DNA of 64,000 nucleotides from a virus: IMG/VR virus record IMGVR_UViG_2648501629_000001, positions 37,474 to 101,473 of that record; one strand, 5' to 3'. Shown piece by piece: positions 58,201 to 64,000 of this stretch (position 1 is its first letter; each line of letters starts with the position of its first letter). The notes under the pieces were generated by a model. It saw only the letters and a program-made list of their open reading frames with translations, ran no database searches and was not told where the DNA came from. The position numbers and the translations under genes were made by a program.

Positions 58201-61200
58201 CTCTTTTGTAGAGCTGAAACCTCCTGTAATCCACTTCCATAAATCACTAGCCGCTTTTTGCAGTCTGACAGTCCAAGTGATGTTCTTATCATCGATTTTC
58301 TTATTTGCCTCTTCTCTAACGCCTTTCAACTCTGTTTTCAAACCTTGGTTGGTCGTGATAATTTTTCCAGTTGCTTGGTCAATCTCAGCCTTCATGCCAA
58401 CCTCTTGAGAAGCTCCATCAATAGCAGTCTTTGTAGAAGCCTGCGTTGCCTGCATCTTTTCTTTCTCTTTGTTAATAACCTCAGATGCCTTTTGTCGTAC
58501 TTGCTCATTCCCATTTACTTGGTCAACATGGAACTGTCTAAGAGCAGGGAATTGTTGCTGTAATGCTTGCCATTCACCTGCTTGGATTTGTGTAGAGCCT
58601 GCTAATTGCTTTTGTGCGCCATCAGCTAGACCAATAGAATCTTGAAGCTTATTATAGTTCTCAATCATAGTACCAAGTGCCAACTTGATAGATTCATGGT
58701 TCATACCTTTCAAGCTACCACCATTGTTAATGAATGTAATTAACTTGTTCGTGTAACCTTCAATATTACTAGTAGCTTGACCGATAAGACCCTTCTGCTC
58801 ATTTATAACACCCTGAGACTCTCGAATCTTACCATTGAATTCATCAACCTTACCTTGCGCTTGTTGAAGGAGATTGAATTCATCCATACTCAAGAAGCCA
58901 CCTTGACTTGCTTTCTTGGCATTTAATTCATCGACAACTTTTTGATACTCTTGTACCTTCTCAGTATAATCCTTAATCCAACCTTGCTCTTCTGCTATTC
59001 TATCTCGTGCAGAATCAATTGATTCCATATCTTTCTTGAATCCTTCTTCTCCAAGCTTTGTCAGGTCAACTTGTTGCACTTCTAATAACTTCTCTTTTAA
59101 CTGTGCGAGCTTACCTTCAATCTCAGCCGTGTCATTCATCTCGATTTTGATATCAATCCCCATATCCTCAGTCATTTTATTGAAATTTGATTGGAACTGT
59201 GTGAACTGCTCGCTATCTAGATACCCTTTATCACCTTTGCCTTTATTGTATTGGTCTTGCAAACCATTATATTTACCCATCTTTTCAGTTGCGCCACCAT
59301 TAAGGATTGAATTATTAGCCTGCAATTTTTTACCATTATCTTCAATTGCTCTACTCAACTCTTTAGTAGATGTTACAGCACTCTTAATCATTTGACCCAT
59401 TTTATCGAATACTGGTACTCCCATTAAGTCCAGTACAAGCAATGCGTCCCCAACGATTGGGATAAACCCTGCTAAGCTCATCATAAGCTTACCTGTCTGC
59501 TTAAGCTTACTATTTGCACGTTCTGCGCCCTGCTCAGCTTCATTAATTCGTTGAGCATTACTAGCTCTTCTTCTTGCGTCATCATCGTCATTATTTTGAC
59601 GATTTCGACTTCTGTTACGAGCGTTATTCGCACCTCTACGGCTAGTAGTAGTGGTAGTTCTTGTCGCTCCTACAGTAGCATTTCCTCGTCTTCCATTACT
59701 CATGGAATTTTTAAGGTCTCCCATCATTGCGATAGTTTCTCGCCCTCTTGAAAGTACACTTCCAAAACCTGTTACCATTCCATCGAAGAATCGTTTATAC
59801 AAGCTTGCCCCTGCATGAATCGCTACACCTGCAAAGATATATTTAAGAGCCTCTGTTAGCTTACCGTTGCTCGCTAATTCTGTTAAAGCCTCTAATCCCT
59901 CAGTGATTGCGCCAATAGCCTTAGATACGCCACCAGTGCTACCACCAAGCGTTGCCATTAGTTTATCCCAAGCATTTTGTAATTCCGCTAATTTAAACTT
60001 AACAGAGTCACCCTGCTTAGCAAACTCGATGAATGCAGAACCATCTTCTCCTAGTGTTTTTTGAAGGTCAGATTCTCCTGCAACCTTACCAACAACTTCC
60101 CATTTATCAATGATACCACCAAGGATTTCGGCATGCTCTTTACCTGCTAAGTAGAACTTTGCAGTATTCTTTTCAGCATCTGACAAGGTATTCCATTTCG
60201 TTGCAAGCTGACCAATAACATCTTGCATACTATTCATCTGACCGTTAGCGCCTTCAATATGAATGCCAATGCCTTCAAACCAGTCAAACTTCTTATTTGT
60301 ATCCTTTGTCAATCGGCTAAAGATGTTACCAATATTCATACCGATTGTCTTGATACCAGTACCAATACGCTCTCCACCCTTACGTGTTGCCTCTTGTGCG
60401 GCGGTAATCATACCAGTTAAGTGACCAAAGTCTGCACCCACGTCTTTCGCAGTTGTTGCAGAACGAACGTAAGCTTTACCTAAGTCATCCATCTCAATTG
60501 CGTTTTGGTTGGCAGTTTCGTTCATTGTGTTAATAACGTCAACTGATTTTAGCCCTTCTTTTTCAAATGCATTTAATGGAACAGACATGTACTTAACCAT
60601 GTCATCAACATTAAGACTACCTACGAACGCACCAATTGTAGATACCTTAGCTAAATCTTGAGATTCTTTAAATGATTTACCTGCAGTTACCCATTTCTCA
60701 ACAGCAAGTACATACTGGTCTGCTGTAACCCCTAAGGCAGAAGCTGTATCATATGCGCTTTCTCCGAATTGTCTAAACTCTTCTTGAGTCGCATCTGCAA
60801 CCTTCATAACTCCGACCATAGCTTCGTCAAGTCGTTTTACAGGTTCAAGGATAGCCATTGCTCCTTGTTGAGCATTTGCGAAGAATGAGTATGGGTCAAT
60901 GATTTCAGCGCCATTTCCATATTCTTTATCCTTGTCACGAGCCTGTTGTCTAGCACGATTTAAACGTAATTGCTCTTGTTGCGCCCTTTCGATTGCGTCA
61001 ATCTCACGTCTACGTTCTGCTGTAAGCGCATTAGAAGTTTCTAACTCTTGACGCATTACTGCAAGTTTTTCTCTCTCGCTATTTAACTCTTGTTCAATAA
61101 CGCCTCTCTCACGAGTTCCTGCGTATGATAGGTCACGTTGAAGCTGACCAATGTTACGAACAACAGCCTCGTATTCTTTCATCTTCTGAGTAATCTTATC

Positions 61201-62634
61201 ATTCTCAGCTTGAATTCTAGAAGCGTCTGCTACACGTTCACGTTCACGTTGATGAATTTGTTCTTGTAATCTCAACTGTCGTTGCATTTCATCCGTGATG
61301 TTTCCTTCAAATGTATGGAATAATTCAGTCTCACGTTGAAGATGTCTAGTAGCCTCAAGTTCATTTTCTAAGATTTGAAGTCTCGCTCTATCATTACTAG
61401 ATACAGAGCCACCGTTATCCATTCTTTCTCGAATTTGCAAGATTTGCAGTTCTAGAGAGTGAACCTTTTTAAGATTCTCCTGCATATCACGAAGAGCGTT
61501 AGCTTCTTTCTGTGCGAGTTCTGCGTCCTTCTGCTTCGCCTCTGCTCTCTTAACCTCTAATTCAGATATGTTCTTGAGATTGTTTAATTCTGCCTTTTGA
61601 GCAGAACTCATCTTCTCTTCAAGATTATGAGTCTCTCTAAGCTTATTCTGAATTCTCTCATAATACTGCAATTGCTCTTGTAGAGACTGTTTCTCTTGCG
61701 CCTTAGCACTAACCATCTTAAGAGCGATAGCATTCTTCTGTCTTTCTAATTGAACAACACGAGAAATTGCATCTGCAATTTCTTTCTCTGCTTGAGCGCT
61801 CTGTCTAGACAATTGAAGAACTTGCATCTCAGCTTGTTGAACACGTTGAAGATTCATGATTCGTGCATAATCACTAGCATTTGCCTGATGCTTTGCATCA
61901 AACTCTTGTTTTAAATTAGCAAGAACCTCTTGATGAATCTGCTTTTCTCTTTCGAGTACAGCATTTGAAGCTTGGTCAGCAGTCATTTGTTGCTTAGAAA
62001 TCTGATGAATTCTCTTCATCAGGTCTTCTATTTCCTTTAAATCCTGCTGACGATTTTCAACTCTCTCAAAGTCAACCCTTCCATCAGGTCTTTCAGTCTT
62101 GGAAACCTTATTTCCATTAGCATCTTCACCACTTGTCTTGATTGTAGTAGCGTGACTGCCATCTTTCAACTGCTTGTAGACTTGTTGGATTTTATTGACC
62201 TTGGCAATTGTTTTATCCAATTCATCGTTATTGGATTTAGTTGCATTAGCCTGTCCCTTCATTGCATTCTCAGCGCTTTTAGCACCTGCAATAAGTTCCT
62301 TCATGGTTTTATCCATGTCTGCAACATTGAAGTCAATTTTAACTTCACGAACTTTCTTCAAATCAGAATCAAGTTCTTTTAAGCTAGTCTTAACTTTTTG
62401 GATTGACTTAATGGCGCTGTCAGCATCGATTTTTAAATGAAATGTTTCTTCCTTCAAAGCTTCACGAATTCTCTTCTTCATGCTTGCAAGCTTTTTCTCA
62501 TCTACGCTCACATTGACCTTAGCGTCAAAGCCATTCTTGACGCTTTGCCATTTCTTAGCCAAGTCAGCCTTCATTTCTTCTACAGTTGGGAATTTGACCT
62601 GTACCTCAATCCCAATTTTATTATTACTCGCCAC
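55252..62634 (-). CDS. tail tape measure protein (2460 aa)
   Basis: TP901-type core (MVGVMKVADAT...INTMNETANQNAI...GERIGTGIKTI) and extensive coiled coil. Confidence 0.92.
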   Translation of the reverse strand: MASNNKIGIEVQVKFPTVEEMKADLAKKWQSVKNGFDAKVNVSVDEKKLASMKKRIREALKEETFHLKIDADSAIKSIQKVKTSLKELDSDLKKVREVKIDFNVADMDKTMKELIAGAKSAENAMKGQANATKSNNDELDKTIAKVNKIQQVYKQLKDGSHATTIKTSGEDANGNKVSKTERPDGRVDFERVENRQQDLKEIEDLMKRIHQISKQQMTADQASNAVLEREKQIHQEVLANLKQEFDAKHQANASDYARIMNLQRVQQAEMQVLQLSRQSAQAEKEIADAISRVVQLERQKNAIALKMVSAKAQEKQSLQEQLQYYERIQNKLRETHNLEEKMSSAQKAELNNLKNISELEVKRAEAKQKDAELAQKEANALRDMQENLKKVHSLELQILQIRERMDNGGSVSSNDRARLQILENELEATRHLQRETELFHTFEGNITDEMQRQLRLQEQIHQRERERVADASRIQAENDKITQKMKEYEAVVRNIGQLQRDLSYAGTRERGVIEQELNSEREKLAVMRQELETSNALTAERRREIDAIERAQQEQLRLNRARQQARDKDKEYGNGAEIIDPYSFFANAQQGAMAILEPVKRLDEAMVGVMKVADATQEEFRQFGESAYDTASALGVTADQYVLAVEKWVTAGKSFKESQDLAKVSTIGAFVGSLNVDDMVKYMSVPLNAFEKEGLKSVDVINTMNETANQNAIEMDDLGKAYVRSATTAKDVGADFGHLTGMITAAQEATRKGGERIGTGIKTIGMNIGNIFSRLTKDTNKKFDWFEGIGIHIEGANGQMNSMQDVIGQLATKWNTLSDAEKNTAKFYLAGKEHAEILGGIIDKWEVVGKVAGESDLQKTLGEDGSAFIEFAKQGDSVKFKLAELQNAWDKLMATLGGSTGGVSKAIGAITEGLEALTELASNGKLTEALKYIFAGVAIHAGASLYKRFFDGMVTGFGSVLSRGRETIAMMGDLKNSMSNGRRGNATVGATRTTTTTSRRGANNARNRSRNRQNNDDDDARRRASNAQRINEAEQGAERANSKLKQTGKLMMSLAGFIPIVGDALLVLDLMGVPVFDKMGQMIKSAVTSTKELSRAIEDNGKKLQANNSILNGGATEKMGKYNGLQDQYNKGKGDKGYLDSEQFTQFQSNFNKMTEDMGIDIKIEMNDTAEIEGKLAQLKEKLLEVQQVDLTKLGEEGFKKDMESIDSARDRIAEEQGWIKDYTEKVQEYQKVVDELNAKKASQGGFLSMDEFNLLQQAQGKVDEFNGKIRESQGVINEQKGLIGQATSNIEGYTNKLITFINNGGSLKGMNHESIKLALGTMIENYNKLQDSIGLADGAQKQLAGSTQIQAGEWQALQQQFPALRQFHVDQVNGNEQVRQKASEVINKEKEKMQATQASTKTAIDGASQEVGMKAEIDQATGKIITTNQGLKTELKGVREEANKKIDDKNITWTVRLQKAASDLWKWITGGFSSTKEVTIPVKPQEAKSVSAVTSSNVSSIGGSLIKSPVAVDGAVVSNDESSNSNPNATVNSDVWRYWSRETYGIDDTDSQMKALTTAMNKANDNQQQLIKLYGQQQALLKKQINNYSSLYGAKDNEMNETLNKLSGFGFSVNTNSNKINNLEHSANLRGKDAEEAQKLLDKWKSLYNEMDGIQETMRSMGDQIDEIGDKVEKAQITQEMERFEDSLKRVDALLQSVSNSDSLNGKRLDLIGSHDREQELVETEKAMNKSKLNMSQLINEFNRLSTASIQYKENGEKLEGTLKSMGSEILQQADAIMKYQEAINELQFTRVAEDLGVFNDAIDDNTSRMKNNIDNLKEGLLSGTSLSDLESSTSTKLDLSRDNQYERLAKERIDLEAEVDQAMEFFGKKNVDRVTGIANAQLDITASMYNQMLKMQSEYSSGNKSSVGSIQSKFGDLSSIGLTDEKYDFVKKLDDSYDAVLKKQDDLTAKFQSDMKKAISQQDKDALTNRYIIDNLKVQEEYFKASINGAKLAIANLKEQLKDSTLTDDQEEKIKKQINDYEKGIIESQNKIKDSVKQRFEFEFSLLEKAMKDYEKLSNDLGYAMEILDAIGGDNFDARGVLLGDMFDVEKHRNDNLSKTLEALKAQQAMYEEGSFEWSLINEEVDKYNKALQDSNKELLDMNKNIMSNSFSKTMDDIQKNMFNGKTLKQFKDYQELWMDGLEREIALEDAYKRMKDLGTETYKGKLQLLEKQEKLSKFEMDYLNKQLDVLELQQKLENLNKEKTVQTLKQNADGTWDWKYTADEDQISQVKDELSQKQLELQKLEEQGREDYLSKLESILKDAESGNYKNIEDFKNAIGDLSDAYSSVVGDFPKISEEYLKDLIETYSKYVNESNDILNGSGVIPPNISVGKIQEGLSNEIVTAFKSISKELGDVFATALLAKIPNFGTPTQTKGVESKSVSISLEKVEFPNIKTADGIKDAIMSLPQIALQKSKEK

Positions 62635-62668
62635 TTAAGTTAACACCACCTTGTTTCAATAATTTTGC

Positions 62669-63712
62669 TTAATCTTGGCTCTTATTCTTCTCTTTCATAG
62701 CCTTTAGTTTAGCACGAATCTCAGCTTTAGATTTAGGCTTAACATAATGCTTTTGAGTTGTCGATACATCGGAATGGTTAAGGAATTCCTGAGCCAGTGT
62801 TAAATCCCCTGTATCCTCTACGATTAGATTCCCTTTTGTTTTACGCAGACAGTGAGGATGTAAATCTTGTAAGCCTAGAATGTGTCCAATCTTTCTTACA
62901 CGCATATAAATAGAAGTCTGAGACATCTTCTTATATTCTCCACCATGCTTTACGATAAACAACGAATCAACCTCGCAGTTATCCATATTCTTACGCATCT
63001 CTAGCCATTCTTGAATCAATAGCTTTGCCTCTTCTTCAAAGGCGACCTCAACAATTTTTCCACGTTTCTCTCGGATATCCACAAACATCATTTCTTCCAA
63101 ATCCAATGACGAAAGAGTTAATTTTGATATTGCTCCATTTCGGTTAGCTGAATCAACCATAATATGCCAAATCAATAAGTCTTGAATGTCATACTTTCTA
63201 CCCTTCTCTTTCTTATAATCCTCGTGCAAGAAATTGGTAACAGTATCAACTTGGTCTCTTGTTAGGAAGTAATGACTGATAAGCTTCTCATCGTTTGCTC
63301 CCTTCATTCTGTCCAACTTGCGGTCAAATGGGTGAACGTCAATGACTTTACGCTTTACTGCCCAAATGTAATACGCTGAAACCGCAGAAAGCTTTGTATT
63401 GATTACTTTCTTGTTGTTCCCCAACGTATCTTGACAGAATCCAATGAACCCTTCCATAATATCAACGGCATCCTTCATAAACTCATCATCATGAATGAAA
63501 ATGTTCTCCCATTCTTCCTCAAGATATACAAGGAATTGATTGAAGTAATTTTGATAGACTTTGTATGTTGTCTCTTTTACATCTTTATTTTTAATAATGT
63601 TCGAGCGAAGATATTTATCATACGCCTTTACACTCTTTTGGTTTATCTTTGCAATCTTATCTTTTGTAAAGTATCGCTTATAAACTCTCTTTTGTTCTGC
63701 CACTAAATTCAC
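62669..63712 (-). CDS. tyrosine recombinase (YomM-like) in the tail module
   Basis: R (SANRNG), K (EKRGK), HxxR (HCLRK), H (LNHS) and Y (KHY) catalytic set. Confidence 0.9.
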   Translation of the reverse strand: MNLVAEQKRVYKRYFTKDKIAKINQKSVKAYDKYLRSNIIKNKDVKETTYKVYQNYFNQFLVYLEEEWENIFIHDDEFMKDAVDIMEGFIGFCQDTLGNNKKVINTKLSAVSAYYIWAVKRKVIDVHPFDRKLDRMKGANDEKLISHYFLTRDQVDTVTNFLHEDYKKEKGRKYDIQDLLIWHIMVDSANRNGAISKLTLSSLDLEEMMFVDIREKRGKIVEVAFEEEAKLLIQEWLEMRKNMDNCEVDSLFIVKHGGEYKKMSQTSIYMRVRKIGHILGLQDLHPHCLRKTKGNLIVEDTGDLTLAQEFLNHSDVSTTQKHYVKPKSKAEIRAKLKAMKEKNKSQD

Positions 63713-63752
63713 CTCTTATGAATGTATTATCATAAGAAGCCTCCATTCCACG

Positions 63753-64000
63753 TTATGAAACCATTATAACGTTCCAACCTTCTCTGCGTAACGCCTCAGC
63801 CAGTTCCCTTGCCAAGCTACCATCGCTCAATTCAAAGTAAGAATCAGCCATGTAATGAGTTGGCTTCCAATCCCATAGACTACCATTTGTACCATCCTCA
63901 ATCCACTTTGGTATATAGTCAGATGTATCTTGAGTGTAGTCAATATTAGCATGCTGATTCCAGTAACCTTCATCAGTCTCATTAGGCTGTATCTTGTCCG
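63753..64000 (-). CDS. 3' end of a probable tail-completion protein (partial)
   Basis: Open frame to TAA at 63753; PKWIEDGT...KPTHYMADSY...LAEALRREG resembles HK97 gp10-like C termini. Confidence 0.45.
   Translation of the reverse strand, partial: DKIQPNETDEGYWNQHANIDYTQDTSDYIPKWIEDGTNGSLWDWKPTHYMADSYFELSDGSLARELAEALRREGWNVIMVS

Larger units (their letters stand above)
1842..62671. repeat. dispersed 18-bp motif T(A/G)A(A/G)CAAAA(G/T)TATT(G/A)AAA, about 24 copies
   Basis: Plus strand at 1842, 2994, 5305, 6056, 9896, 15651, 17833, 21576, 26381, 27012, 29777, 29858, 32367, 32442, 34042, 35172, 36313, 38956, 39840; minus strand at 47480, 50902, 50992, 55169, 62654. Confidence 0.92.

Noticed and set aside
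55295-62643. Many 60-180-aa plus-strand ORFs opposite the tape measure (and similar shadow ORFs opposite other long genes)
   Set aside because: Antisense shadows of a biased coding strand, with no RBS or recognisable motifs
1842-62671. CRISPR array from the repeated 18-mer
   Set aside because: Copies are dispersed kilobases apart at gene boundaries, with no regular repeat-spacer periodicity and no cas operon. The Cas4-like nuclease is a common phage exonuclease
1-64000. tRNA or rRNA genes
   Set aside because: No cloverleaf with T-loop GTTCRA and matching acceptor stem was seen in any intergenic gap. A tRNAscan-SE run would be decisive

Overview
The window is a 64-kb segment of a large, AT-rich, probably temperate Bacillus siphovirus or prophage. 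Gene content and order are SPbeta-like, and the Rap/Phr and endolysin types point to a B. cereus-group host (inference). Bases 1 to about 45.6 kb are a plus-strand early/middle arm. It carries replication genes (DnaB-like helicase, primase, DnaE, RecD2, a RecB/Cas4-like nuclease, RusA) and nucleotide-metabolism genes (tdk, nucleoside deoxyribosyltransferase, NUDIX, nrdI-nrdE-nrdF, thioredoxin), plus many small accessory genes. The accessory genes include candidate anti-defence proteins (an Apyc1-like MBL hydrolase and a Tad2/DUF2829 domain), Ter-type stress genes and three Cys-His-Asp papain/transglutaminase-like proteins. A regulatory junction at 42.5-45.9 kb holds a tandem RHH gene, an XRE regulator, an unannotated type I toxin-antitoxin-like locus, a Rap-Phr pair and a separately promoted structured ncRNA right after phr. 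Bases 45.9-64 kb are the minus-strand late arm: permuted NlpC/P60, amidase endolysin, tail fibres, baseplate proteins, a 2460-aa tape measure and a tyrosine recombinase. The most striking observations are (i) a tail/baseplate protein fused to a flagellinolysin-like HExxH metallopeptidase, (ii) about 24 copies of an asymmetric 18-bp intergenic motif always oriented with transcription, and (iii) the Rap-Phr-ncRNA cassette flanked by two related sRNA modules. All family assignments come from motif recognition by eye; no database search was run. I saw no tRNA, rRNA or CRISPR array.
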